Origin: Eutreptiella sp. 'Long Island Sound 2002'
Taxonomy: Eukaryota; Protista; Euglenida
Direction: 5' to 3'
Assembly (NCBI GenBank): GCA_964036045.1
Contig: OZ038378.1
Span: 164,114,001-164,178,000 of the forward strand
Length of the DNA stretch: 64,000 nucleotides
A program made the position numbers and the translations under genes. The notes beneath the pieces were generated by a model that worked only from the letters and a program-made list of their open reading frames with translations, had not been told where the DNA came from and did no database searches. Shown here piece by piece: positions 38,385 through 50,587 of the stretch (position 1 is its first letter; every line of letters begins with the position of its first letter).

Positions 38385-41300
38385 CTACTGCATTCGAGTC
38401 ATGTCGCTAGAGACGCCCTTCTTTACGAGCCTGGGTTGGGTAGGGCAGGGAGTCCCTCGCTGGGCAACGGTGGAGCTTCCATGATTTGCCTCTTGAGCCC
38501 CTGCGTGGATTTTTTCAGCACACTGCTCGCAACTGTCTTTGCAGAAAGGTTTCCTCGTGTCGCTTTTCTTTGTTGCTGCCGCGTGCTTGCAGTATTGGGA
38601 AGAGTGACCAGAACACCAGACGACACAAAGACAGAGAAGGGAATATTTTTCAATAATCAGCACATCCTCCCTTTTCCCAATGCGATCTCCCTGTGCAAGC
38701 ATGCGGGGCCGCCACCAGGAACCTGAGTACTGTTTTCTATGCAATGGCTCCGCTACTTTACTGACATTCAGCAAATACTGAGCGGCAGGAAGTGCATACC
38801 AGGCCGCTTTACCCATCATGTTAGGCACGAAAGATTGCAGGGCAGAGCCCGCATTGGTGCTAAAGACGTCTAGCAGACGCTGGAGGCTGGACGGGTTCCC
38901 TGCTCCCGGCGCCGCCGCAAAACAAGGCGCTTTCAGCCCCAATTCAGGCTGGCCTGTGGCACTGAGCTGCAATTCACATTCCAGGAAAGGTAACACCCGT
39001 TGGCAGTTCTCTACCTTGATCCCCATGTTCAAATGGCTTGCAAGTAACTCCTGAACCCTCACAAAATCAGCCGGCAGACTTCCTGACCCTTGGGGCTCCT
39101 GGCACAGCACAAGGTAGTTATCCCTATAGCGGAGGATAGGCGGAAGGGGGCAGGACTGCAGTGCCTGCTCCTTTCGCATCAGCACCACGGATGCTTCCTG
39201 AGCGGAGCAGGCCCCTCCGATCGCTACGCCCAGGCGCTGGCGGAAAATAGAAGACATGTGGACAAAAACGTCGTCGAAGCGCGTCTCAAAAAAGAGGTAC
39301 TGCTGGACATCGGCGTAGGATATCTTCCAATATGCACTGTCGCGCGTTTTCGCCCCAAAACTTTCAAGTTGGCGCAGCCCACCCTTATGAATCAGAAAAG
39401 CATGAGCCGGGTTCGGTACCTTACCTGCCATTTGTGTAAAAAAGAAATTAACGGCAGGTTCTACCGTGCTCGTCGCGCGCAATATTGGGAAACATCTCTT
39501 CAATATCAAGCTCTCCCCATGCAGTCCCTGTGTGTTGCTGGCGCCAGCGCTGTACCACTCCCTTCAGCTCACGCATGGAGTGAATTTCCCAGGTGGGCTG
39601 GTTCCTGCAGGCCCACTTCTAGATCACAGACAAACACCGTCCTATCAGTGTGCCCCACTGCTTAACGGGATGGGCGCTTTTTCTCACGATTTCCAGCCCC
39701 TTCAGCACAGGTGTTTTCAGTGACCCCTGTGTTTTATGTTTCACTGCAAGGAGCACGTTAGGGACGCCCACTGCCACAGGCTTTGCCGACAAGCCGAGCG
39801 GTTGCTGTACGGGCGACACGTGCTGCGGGGCTGGCGGTCTCGCCGGCAGATGGCGGAGGCAAAGATGCCCACCAGCCACAGACTGGGCTCGCTCTCTCCC
39901 TGGCGCTGCGCGCCTCCGCCCTGGCACCCGTGACCTGGCCCTGCGAGTGCTGCGTTGCGGGGCGCGCCCCTGCGTGCATCATGCTCACTTTGTGCCTGTG
40001 CTCTAGCACGGGCCCGAAACTCTGCACGGGACAAAAGAGGGAAAGCGAGGAATGGATGGGACTCTGGGCGCACCCACATAGGGGCCAGCAGCTTCAGTTT
40101 TTCAACGCCCTTGTGTATAAAGTCGCTGATATATGCTTTGAGGCCGCGCGAGGCCCCCTTCGTACGCGCCATCGTCATGGCCACATGGGCTGCATCTGGA
40201 CGCACCGGGGAGCAACCCATGGCCGCAGAAAACTTAGTATAAGCCCCATGCAGGGTCAGGGACGCCCCGTCTAGGAGGTACCAGAGGGCTATGCACCGGG
40301 CTTCCTCGTGAGAGTGGAAACACCATAACTCTTCAAAACGCTCGGTTTCAAGAAAAGTCACCCGGTTAAACTCCCTCCAGAAATGGGCGCATGCCACATT
40401 GGGGACCTGCACCCCTTTGTCAAAAACGTCACAGACGGCTCCGCTGGGGAGCTTCTTGAGTTGTGCACATATGTAGCGCTCATGCAACAACGGCGGATAT
40501 TGCGCATATGAGCTGTCGTACACGGCCTTGCACACGGCGGTGAGGCTTTGCAGCAGGGAGCCCGCGGCCGCGACGCGTGTGTCTGGGAGTGCATTGGTGA
40601 GCTGGCGCAGGCTTTCTTGAGGCGCTTGGCAAAAACCTCTCCATGGGGGAACGGTAGCACTTTTCATATTCTGGCGCAGCACTCCCGTGTCAAACGCGTG
40701 CATGCACGCTGCAATATCTTCCATGTTACGTGTGAATACATGCCCATGCAAGCGCGACAGTCCGGGTGCGGTGCCTGCATCCCATGACTGGTAGGTACAG
40801 GGTTCCCGTGAATGGGGGTCCAGGAAGGTAGCGGTGGAATCCTTGTACAGCCCGGGTGTGCGCACGACCTGGCAGACTTGCAGAGTCCTAGCTGAGATAA
40901 CGCGAATGCGTGCGCAAAGATACTCCTGGAGCTCAGGCGGCCATGAGCCCACGGTTCTCATGTGGTGTGCCACGAAGGTACCTGCACGAAAGCACCCCCC
41001 TTTCGTAACTAAAAACCAATTTCCATACCCTGGGGTTTTGGAACTGTTGAACTATGTAAATTTCCTCAATTTATCATTTTTAGGTCATATTACCCGAAAA
41101 ATCCGCCTTTTTGTGCTTTTTAGCCCTTTCTATAACTATGGTTCAACAGGCACTTTTGTAGCAGCTGCTGTCCCTACATAGGTGTGGGGGTTCTTGTCAC
41201 CAAAACAGGTGCTACGTGCCACAACACCCTCGGCATGCCCAATCAAGGGCTGTGGGGTCAATGCAGGCAAAGCCACAAACTTGGATCCTGTGTAGGCCAC

Positions 41301-42760
41301 GGGTGTTGTCTGTCCACTCATGTCGTCAATCCACATCCTATGAGGCTCACTGGTGAGGCTGTACACAGTGGATGTCCTATGCATGTCCTCCTTTTCAACC
41401 ATCCTAATGTTGTAGTGTTGTGACTTTTTCCCCTGAGCACTATGGATGTTCAACGCCCCATCAGCCGCCACAGCACCATAATTCTGCCTCTGACCCACCT
41501 TGTCCGGCAGCGATTAATTCCTCCAAACCTTCCAACAAATCATCCATATCAAGACCGGGGAGGGCAACGCTAAAGGCGGAGAGGTGGGGGTTGTGATTGC
41601 AGGTAGCCCCAAGGAAGTTGGTGAGGGCACGGGCTTGTTTGAGGGCAAGGCAGCGTCGCGCCACTGTGATGCGGCCAAACATAGTACCGGCATCAAAATG
41701 CGGAACGGTCCGCAAATCATCGATGGGGCAGACCTGGGTAGTACTGCCTTGGGGGCCATGGAAAACCCCTTGCCCAACCTGCTGGCGGCATGTGTCCACC
41801 TTATCTTGCAGGAGGTCCTAGGCGGCGGACATTGTGAAAAAGGAGGTCCCCCTAAGAGTAGGATGAAAGAAGCATGAAACAAAGGTGACCAAAGGGAAAG
41901 ATATTTGAGAAGAAAGACGATGGCACACTGAGTGTAACTGAGCATGTGGGATTCCAGAACGCAAGTGGGAAATTATCTGGGAAACACCAACTACGAAAGG
42001 GTGCACGAAAGGGGTACAAAGGCACATCTAAGTTGTAGAAAAGGGTACGAAGGGGTGTACGAAAGCACCCCTTTCGTACGAAATCTACGAATACCCCCCT
42101 TGTCGTACATGCCTTTTGTACACCCTTTTGTACCCCTTTCGTAGACCCCTTCGTGCAAAAATGGATGTTGTGACAAAAATGCTATCTTTACCCTAGGCAC
42201 GCGCAACAAAGAAGTAAGGGCACCAAAAGGCTTCCACATGTACCAAGTTAAAATAGTTCATGGGTTGTGACCCAACTCAACACGTAGGTGGGTTACTTGT
42301 GGTTTCTTGTCTCAAGGGGGGCTTTCGTACAGGTACCTTCGTGGCACACCACACAGGCACGCGCTCAGGTCCGCTTTCAGGGCCTCTTTATCCGCCGGGG
42401 ACAGTAAAGGCAGCCGCACTGGAACCCTGTACGGTATCCACACTTTCTGATAGCGCAGCATATAGGCCAGCACCTTGTCGTACTCTATGTTGTGCAGGCG
42501 TCAGAGTACGCTCAGTGGCGGAAATGAGATTGAGGAGGAGTGTGGGGGAGTTTGGTTGCTCTCCAAGCTGCGATTTTGAATCCACAATGGCGCGCGCGAG
42601 CCCCGTCAGCGAGCCGCCCATCTCTATTAGCTCACGCTTCCATTGTTTTCGCTGGACCAGAAAAGCCCATTTCTGTCCGTCTAGCGGAGGCAGCGACCGG
42701 TTCTTCAGCTTCCCTAGCCCCCATGCGCGCATCCAGTTGTTTTCACGCAGCGTGGCGAGA
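38385..42760 (-). mobile_element. Penelope-like retroelement 1 (5'-truncated, decayed): C-half of GIY-YIG followed by RT
   Basis: LRENNWMRAWGLGKLKNR (endonuclease end), FDKG, AHP..W..LIGRCL, ELDIEEMFPNI, RQRLGVAIGGACSAQ, LRYRDNY, LPFLE; interrupted by the TIR element at 40961-42353. Confidence 0.8.
40961..42353. mobile_element. 1.4-kb non-autonomous TIR element, TGTGG...CCACA ends, 2-bp CA TSD
   Basis: About 36-bp TIR TGTGGTGTGCCACGAAGGTACCTG(C/T)ACGAAAGC; CA at 40959-40960 and 42354-42355; excision restores the frame ADLSACL-RTVGSWPP; internal GTACGAAAGGGG-type repeats at 41990-42160. Confidence 0.85.
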
Positions 42761-42958
42761 GGCTTGGGGACGTTGGTTGATCGTCCGCTGGCTCGTAGTC
42801 AGGGGAGTAGTTGGGCTCAGATGAGGAGTTAGACATTTTGCCGCTGAAAAGCGGTGCACATGATGCCCCTGATGCAGGCGCTTAAAAAAATGTGCTGCAT
42901 GGCTTCAAATTTGTGCAGATGCAGCATTCCATTTTTTGACTTTTCGAAAGCAATTGGG

Positions 42959-43339
42959 AATGGCAAGCACGGCGAGAAACGGTGCACAAGAACGGCTGCT
43001 CACAAATGCATTAATAGGCTAAAACCAGCGTGAATGTCACATTGGGATAGTCGGTCACAAATCTTCAAAACGAATCATTGTTTACCATAGCCCCGTGTAT
43101 AACTCATGCCAATTTGAACCTCACACCTTTCGCTGTTCCAAAGACTCGCTCAACAATGCACATGTCCACTTTAGTAGACAAACATTCAATCACACAAATA
43201 ACAACTGACCACCAATGCCAGGCCATCACAGGTAACCGGTGCTGAGAAATCAAGCATGATACATCCAACCTTCCGTCAAGGCTACAACCTCAGCAAAACA
43301 AAACACACTGTGTATTCACCAAACTACAAGAGAGAAAAA
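42959..43339. repeat. 381-bp terminal direct repeat (3' copy)
   Basis: Matches 58379-58759 with 2 substitutions, compared line by line. Confidence 0.95.
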
Positions 43340-43393
43340 GTCCCACACCCTCCCACTCCAGCTCCTTCTCTCTAGAGGATATCTCTGGGCAAC

Positions 43394-46114
43394 TCAGGAT
43401 CTCACGGGCAAGGCGGGGAGGACCGAGTCCTCGTTGTCTAACGACGACAGTTCCATGTCCGTTTGAAGAGACCGTGCTTGTTTCTGCCACTCATAGATCA
43501 TATGCAGAGGGAAAAAATGCTGCATCTCCCAGAAATCATACAGTCGCCTGAGGCGTGTCTTCCACCATGACCCTGGGACACGTCGGTGGACCAGCCCCCA
43601 CACCATGGATTGACAGTTCAGGAGGACATCCTCAGAGTTCCAGGCGTACCATACACATTTTAGGAAGATCGCAGGAAGTAGTGCTTGCCAAACTAACCTT
43701 GCATTAGGGGACAGGGGATCAACCCATTTGCTCCATTCGAGGTCGCTCGTGTCGTCTGACCCGTCGAGGTCGGACAGCGACAAGCATACCCCCTTCCGTA
43801 ACATCGAAATACGCTGTGGGAGGACACGGAGCAGGCACTCTCCCCAATTCACGCTACCCTATGGGTGCGGTTCCCACTTAAGCGGGATGCCGTAGGTGGA
43901 ACGGAGAAAACATGCCACCCCAAATTCGGCCCAAGGGCGAATGTGAGGGGGTATTCGGGACATCAGCAGATATATGTTATCCCTGTACCTCCCCATTAAA
44001 ACAAACGGTAGAGAGGGGCAGTCTGCAAGGGAGTCAGAGGTGCACCAGGGTGGGGGGTTTCGTAATTCACCAACAATGCCTTTGAGAACCTCGAAACCTT
44101 TCAGGTGTTCTCCGACCTTGTGTTTATCCCTTTGCGGGGTGCACCGCAGGATTGTACTCAGTCGTCCCGCAGGCGCACCGTCCCACGGCGTGGACTTAAC
44201 CAGAAAGATTGGGACGTCGTTCACCTGTAGCACGGCCACCAGAGAATCTACTTGGGCCCACCATCCGCGGAAGCCATTGGAATGTAGCCGTTCCCAAGAC
44301 ACAAGATGGGGGAGTCTCGCTCGCATTATACCTTCACAAACCGTCATCTCTGGGCCACTCACCGGGGAAGCAGAAAAATCTGTAGGCCCGGTCACAAAGC
44401 CCTGCATTGACGGAGCCGGCAAGTGCTGTGAGGGGGTTTGGGTATGTGGGGGCAGAAACTGGCTCACAGAAGGAGAGTTGGTGGCTAGGCACTGATTCCA
44501 GGCACTTTCAAAATGGGTCCGTACACCCTGCTCACCCATCAGTGGGGTGTGTTCCTTCCACAGAGCCCAGAGCTCGGCGAGCTGGGCTGAAATAAACCCC
44601 CTTCCCCCCCTGGCGGAGTATTAGACTACCCAAGACAAACAGTACATTCTGCTGCAAATCGAATTTCACAAACCTGTCATGGTGAGGTGGTCGTCATTTA
44701 ACACTGTGAACTGGCGGTCAGCCGATTTTCCGAGGCGGTCCAGGCACTTAGCCTCTTTCGATAGCGAAAACCACAGAGTTTTCCCGCGAAGTTTTTTCTT
44801 GCACTCACCCACCGCCCAGGAGACTGCCTGTAGCGCTTCGAAGATCTTCCCCTGGAATCTCCCAAAACATGTCAGACATGTCTTGTTCCAACAGGGAGAG
44901 GGATTCCATGGACGCTTGCATTCTGTGGGCTGACCAGACCAGGTCTCTGACCAGACCAGGTCTCTGACTCCTAGTAGTTTCGCAAATCCTAGACCTCCTG
45001 GAAGCATGGTGCAATGGCAGACCAAGAGTTGCAAACATCGTCCCATAAGTTTGCTCCATGCCCTCAAGGGATGGGCTGCAAATGAGACCACGTCTCTCCA
45101 ACGGATGACAGGTGGCACCGCCGTTTCCTCACTTTTCCACTTGAGCAACCCGAAAATGGATGGCGGTCCAAACCGTTGTTTTTTTGCTTTCGCTGGGTTA
45201 GACACATCACCGACCCGTACGGATACCCCATCAATAGTAACACAAAACCCATGGGGTTCGGGTACTGGGGGTTCAGGCATCCCAGAATCATCGTCGCACC
45301 CAGGTGGAAGCAGGTCCATAACCCATTGTGTGACGTTGTCGGGTGTGAGGTTGGGTGGCAATCTGCGGAAGGCATCTGCGTCGCCCAGGACCCCGCACTC
45401 ATTGGCTGAATCGAGCAACTGTATGAGTATTGTGGCCTGGGCATCCCGTGGTGTAGGGCCCCATCCCGCAAGTGTGAACCGTTTGCCGAACAAAATTCCA
45501 TCACACATGCGAATGTCATCCAGCACCCTACACACCGCATAATTGCGGTGGGCCTTTTTGTCCCATATTCCCCCACAAAACTTGTGCCACCACAGCCAAT
45601 CTCTTGCCTCTAGTCCTAGGCTCTCATCAAGCCACTGACACTTGGACACAGACTGAGAGATATCGTCCCAGGTCACGGAAGCAATGTCATTGAGCAAGAC
45701 CTGAACCCTGTCGTCAGGCAACAATCGTTCTGGCTTGGAGAAAGAACCTTCACCAGGTTGAAAAGACGGGCATTTGATATTCTGTAGGCTTTCGACAAAT
45801 GACTCAAAGGAGTTGGTGAGGGAAGCAGGGGAGCGGAAAACACGATTTCGCGCGTTGCACGCCAGCGTGGAACCCAGACTGTCGCCAAGTAGCGACGTCC
45901 ACTGCTTGGTGGAACGCAGGATGATGTGTCCTGTCGAGTTCCTCAAAATCGGGAAGGAGTTAAAGAGTTGCGGGCAATCACAGTATTGTCCTGTGACGTC
46001 GACTCGAACTCGTTGCTCGATGAAATTCCATAGAGTGGGGAACAGGGACTCCGGACTGTCAGGTGATCGCAAGAGCCATGCACCTGTATGGTCGTCAATT
46101 GCAATGGCTTCCAT
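43394..46114 (-). pseudogene. Penelope-type reverse transcriptase of element 2 (frameshifted)
   Basis: WDKK, AHPLRAWSKLMGRCL, LEQDMSDMFWEIP (other frame after a 17-bp duplication at about 44930-44968), ISAQLA, GRYRDNI, thumb KWVDPLSPNA...KCVWYA...GSWWKTR. Confidence 0.8.
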
Positions 46115-46293
46115 GTGGCAAAAGGCACCTCATTCTGTGCTTCCTGCAAATAGTCAACGACTCTGTGCTGTGCCATCCCTCGGGAAACCTTGGCCAGGGA
46201 CGCCACTGAGGGGGACGGGGATGCAATTGAGTTCACGATTTTCTTAAGCCGGCTCTGAAAACCATTGGGGATCAGGACGTCAGAGATTGCCTT

Positions 46294-47139
46294 TCAGACC
46301 ACCCAAGTGACAGTGTCAAGAACCTCTTGGTGGTAGGATGGCACCCTCACTACTATCCTCCTCGGCAGGTCCACCCCCCAAAATTGGTGCACTTCTCGCT
46401 TAATCTTTCGGAATAGGCGTTCGAAGACTGCAGTATGCAAATGACTGTGTACCTGTGTCATGAATTCCAGAGCCGTGGAAAGTTCGCTAGCCGTAAACGT
46501 TTTGCTGATCAGGAACTCGGCTTTACTCTGCAGGGTCCTGTGCTGTTCATCAGGGATTTTGTCAGTGGAAATGAATTCCCACGTAAGTCTATCTAAACCG
46601 CCAAAAGGGACTCTTTGGTTAAGGGTAGGGGCGAGGACTCGGTCCCAATACCGTTCACGCTCACACGCTTTGCTGGCATCGACCACCTCAATTGGGAAAA
46701 TTGTGACATGGTGGCAACCATGTCTGGCCAGCACTCTCTGTGAGGAGGGCAGTTTTCCTTGTTTGATCGCATTTGCTTTTCTCTTGCACTTTTGCCCTAC
46801 ATAATGGTTGCGCAACGTGCGTGCTTTCTGGCAATGTTCCCAGAAGCGGTCAATCAACGGCCGCATACCTTCAATGGCACCACACTGACCCACATATGTG
46901 GGGAACGGGCCGCGAACGGCATAAATTACACAACCTGGCGCAGTCAAATCATAGTCTGGGTCGACAGAAGATAGACGCGCAATGCGTGCTAACTTACTGT
47001 CCGGCGATCGGACCAGCAATTTGTTCGTTTGCCGCAGATTGGCTGCAATCTGGTGCCACTTGTTGCACCGCGTGGCAAAAAGACGTTCTCTTTCTCCTGC
47101 TAGTTTGTCCCACTCACTCCAGAAAGCAGAGACGGCCAT
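46294..47139 (-). CDS. GIY-YIG endonuclease of element 2, upstream of the RT
   Basis: VIYAVRGPFPTYVGQ...RFWEH...ERERYW..VLAPTLN carries the GIY-YIG catalytic pattern. Confidence 0.85.
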   Translation of the reverse strand: MAVSAFWSEWDKLAGERERLFATRCNKWHQIAANLRQTNKLLVRSPDSKLARIARLSSVDPDYDLTAPGCVIYAVRGPFPTYVGQCGAIEGMRPLIDRFWEHCQKARTLRNHYVGQKCKRKANAIKQGKLPSSQRVLARHGCHHVTIFPIEVVDASKACERERYWDRVLAPTLNQRVPFGGLDRLTWEFISTDKIPDEQHRTLQSKAEFLISKTFTASELSTALEFMTQVHSHLHTAVFERLFRKIKREVHQFWGVDLPRRIVVRVPSYHQEVLDTVTWVV

Positions 47140-47365
47140 GGGGGGGTTTAGGACGGGCTCTCATATGTTTCGTTATTGTTGAGGTTGGTAAGCACCTTTG
47201 GAGAGGATAGGTTACCTACTGGGGGTGTGGAGTTCACACCCCAGTGTGCAAAAGGCAAAGGTGGGGGACGGAGAACAAAAGGTGCGCCACCATTGTCGTC
47301 ATCTGCACGTACCAATGGCGACTCATGCAACAATACTGTACCCTTCGGTCTCTTACACAGTCGTG

Positions 47366-48589
47366 TCAAATCTCACGTAAATCATGAACAGGTAAGTCAT
47401 CACCCACGGGACTGGTTCCACAGTCAACTATCAGGAGCTCCCATGGTCTGTGGTCCCAGTGCCACCGTTCCGATATCCCGTCATAAGATCGGACCTTGAT
47501 TTTCGGAAGGGAGCATAGGGCCTTTGACCTCCCAGCGAGCACCCAGCTCTCAACCCATTTATTCCACTCGGGCGAGGAAGATCTATCTAGAAGGATGACA
47601 AATGGACACCGGCTGTCGGATCTTACCCATTGGTCGAGACAATTGAACACTTCTGTTTCAGGTTCACAACATACATCAGAGCAGATGAAAAACTGTGTCC
47701 ATTGCTCCCCTTTTCCTAGTGCACGTAGGATCTGTTGATCGAGGGGTCCAGACAGAGACCCCATACCATCACGGAGCAAGGGGGACATAGAGAACTCCAC
47801 AGTGGGGGCGGCGAGGGGTGAAGACCAAAGTGAGACCGGGATTTGTAGCGAGTTCCGTAAAAACTGTTCCCAGCCACCATTTAGTCTAAGGCACACCCTG
47901 TCGTAGCTTTTACATTTCACCAAGTTTTTGGCAAACAGTCTTGCGCTCACGGAAAAATTGGCCCTTTGAACAAGGGAGGCGTCACTCCACCGCGTGTTTT
48001 TTGAGGATTTGAGATCGCATTCCCACAATCTTTTGAAACCTCGGTGATGCAACAGTACCCAGTCGTCAACGGAGGCTTCCTTGTCCGTGAGCCACAACCT
48101 AGCAAGCCGTTGGGGAGAGATATCAGGTCCATCTTGCGGTGAAGAATTTTCACAATGCATAATCGGTATGTCGGTATGCGAACCAGCCATATACTCAGCT
48201 GGTTGTTGTGAAGGTGCAACCTGGGGGTGTATGTGCTCGTCCGAGATATTCTCCCAGGAGTCGGGCACCACCTCTATCAGACGTGGCTCAGGCGGGGGTG
48301 GGGACGGATGAGTGTTCATTGTAGCAGAATCTAAGTCATCATCGCTGGAGTCTGGGCCGTCAAATAAATCCGGCATTTCATCTGGTGCGTCAGAGTTATC
48401 AACAGGCTCTAGTCGGGGCGACGAGTCGTTGGCCTTGATTTCATTTCTGGTAATGCAGTGCAATACTGAGCATTCCTCTTCAACCCGATTCAGTAATTGG
48501 GTGAGTCCATGCAGGGATCTGTCTTGAGCTTGAATAGAGGACACCAGATGTTCAACCAGGCGGCGGACGTCGTCGGGTAAAGTATCCAT
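47366..48589 (-). CDS. ORF2 of element 2 (407 aa), possible degenerate N6-adenine methyltransferase-like fold
   Basis: Intact ORF; LWSSPL...F.MSPL.RD.MGS...FVILL....W weakly resembles PCIF1/DIRS-type MTase; no NPPF/DPPY motif. Confidence 0.45.
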   Translation of the reverse strand: MDTLPDDVRRLVEHLVSSIQAQDRSLHGLTQLLNRVEEECSVLHCITRNEIKANDSSPRLEPVDNSDAPDEMPDLFDGPDSSDDDLDSATMNTHPSPPPPEPRLIEVVPDSWENISDEHIHPQVAPSQQPAEYMAGSHTDIPIMHCENSSPQDGPDISPQRLARLWLTDKEASVDDWVLLHHRGFKRLWECDLKSSKNTRWSDASLVQRANFSVSARLFAKNLVKCKSYDRVCLRLNGGWEQFLRNSLQIPVSLWSSPLAAPTVEFSMSPLLRDGMGSLSGPLDQQILRALGKGEQWTQFFICSDVCCEPETEVFNCLDQWVRSDSRCPFVILLDRSSSPEWNKWVESWVLAGRSKALCSLPKIKVRSYDGISERWHWDHRPWELLIVDCGTSPVGDDLPVHDLREI

Positions 48590-48679
48590 AGACGGTAAAG
48601 ATGCGAGGGAGCTGTGGTCCTGGTTGTAGGACGAGAAACGGTAGCTAGCGGCTGGGCGCTAGGTACCAAAACGAGCTTA

Positions 48680-50205
48680 CTACTTCACTCCCAAGATGTC
48701 GTTGTCCGACGAATGGGCGTCAGTAAAAGCATCAGTGAGAACATCGGCATCGTTCTTGCTCGCGGGCACCGGCACGTGGGTTGTAGCATCGCCGCTTCCC
48801 ATCACGGCCGCATCCGTAGGCACTCGGAGGTCAGGTGGAGTCTTTGCGTCAGCAGTTGCCCCATCTTCCATTTCCTGGTTGGCCAACACGTCCGGGGTCA
48901 TAGGCGAGGCTTCTCTCCCCACGGCCCTCCCCTCATGTGCCAGCTGGTTGTTCACCGCGAGGTTGAAGGCGGGTTCCAATGAAATGGGTCCACTGGATCC
49001 TCGGCTGCCTGTGATGGTCTTAGCTCCCGCTCCCACAGCGTCCATCGGGTTCCCACGTTTAGCAGGTGGGTTTAGTTCGGAGGCTTTCTGTTCGCCCGCT
49101 TGTTGGGAGCAAAAACACAGGGACAGTGGTACATCAAAGCGATCGCCGCCACATGATTCAGCTGGGATAGATTCGCCTCTCCGTAAAGTCTTGCCAGTCC
49201 ATCGAGGCATGCCAACCGACCATATCAGGACTCCGCTTGGTCCCGATGTACCGGAAGAAGGAATGCCGCAGACGCGTGCCATGACCGCTGAAAATTGAGA
49301 CGAATTCTCAGGGAAGTGGGTCGTTCTGACCACAATATAGCATCCGTGGACATTGTCTTTAGCATGAGAAATAGCCGCAATAAGGGAAGAACGTTGCATG
49401 TCGTCTGAGACGGCACCGTGTTCGCATAGCTGGTGGGCAATAGACATGAGGACTTTCTTGCTGCAATTGCCTAGTTGGGAGAGCTCGTCGTACTCGGTAT
49501 CATCTCCACTGGTCCGCCCGTCCGAAGCATCACTGCAGCGTTTCTTAGAAGAAACTTTTGCGTTGTGGCTGCGGGTATCCGGCGAAATTGTGGGGCCTGT
49601 CTTAGGAGTTCTCAGAGACTCATCACCCTTTAGCTTCGGTGTCATATTCAGTGACGGGGGGAGCTCTGGCTTTTCCTTCGGGGCTGGCACGGTCTTCTGG
49701 ATTTGTTCGTCCGTCCATCCTTGTCCTTTGAGAACCATGTAGAGGAGCAATTGGGTGTTGTCCTTTGCTTCGTTGATTTGGCCAATGTCGTGTCTGATGA
49801 CACGTACATCTTGTTCAAGTCCAGACACCCGTTTGTTGATATCGGACGGGTCAAACTCCGTAACCTTAGTTGTGCCACTGACCCTCCACTTCTTCTTCTT
49901 AGTCATTGGGGATGAACTTTCAGCGGTGGAGGACGAACTAGTCGGCGGTTTCTTTACTGGTTTAGGAGGTGATCCATGGGCAAGGACTTTTCCATTGTTC
50001 GTCTTGTCAATGAACTGGAAACCTGGGCCTTTGTCCTGAGAATTCACGTTGCCGGTCGGTACATCCTCTTCCGTTGGAGAACCATTGGTTGGTAAACCTT
50101 TGGGTGCAGGTAGAGCCAGAGGTGATTTTTTGGCTTTCTTTTTGTTCTTGCTTTTCTTTTGCGGTTCCCGTGGATTAGGGCTGGGATTGGCGGTGATCAT
50201 CAAAA
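48680..50205 (-). CDS. ORF1 of element 2, 3' part
   Basis: Joins 57754-58261 in frame after removing 50208-57753 and one TT: QTR-I-LMIT; total 2034 nt or 677 aa. Confidence 0.8.
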
Positions 50206-50587
50206 TTTGGGATGCAGCGTTCTAGGGCGTGGTGCGGAACCCCTAGTTAGAACGCAATTTCTGGAACGCCCACCTACCCTCAATTTTGGGGCAAACCACC
50301 TAAAAAAATGGATTCAGCACCCTCAAAAACCCCCCATCCCCTTTCTTTCCCCACATAACCCTCATTGTAGGGGTGGTTTTTGGGGGGGGGTCAAAGAGTT
50401 AGAGCACAGTTAGAACAGAGTTAGAACGCAGTTAGAGCACCTTGCTCTAACTAGTTATCGCGCTAGTTATCGCGCGATAACTCAGTTATCGCGTAGTTAT
50501 CGCGTGTAGTTATCGCGCACCCCTCCTCCCTCCCTCCCTAGGACAAACAACACAAAACACTTGGCACAAAGCATGTGTGGTCGTTTT

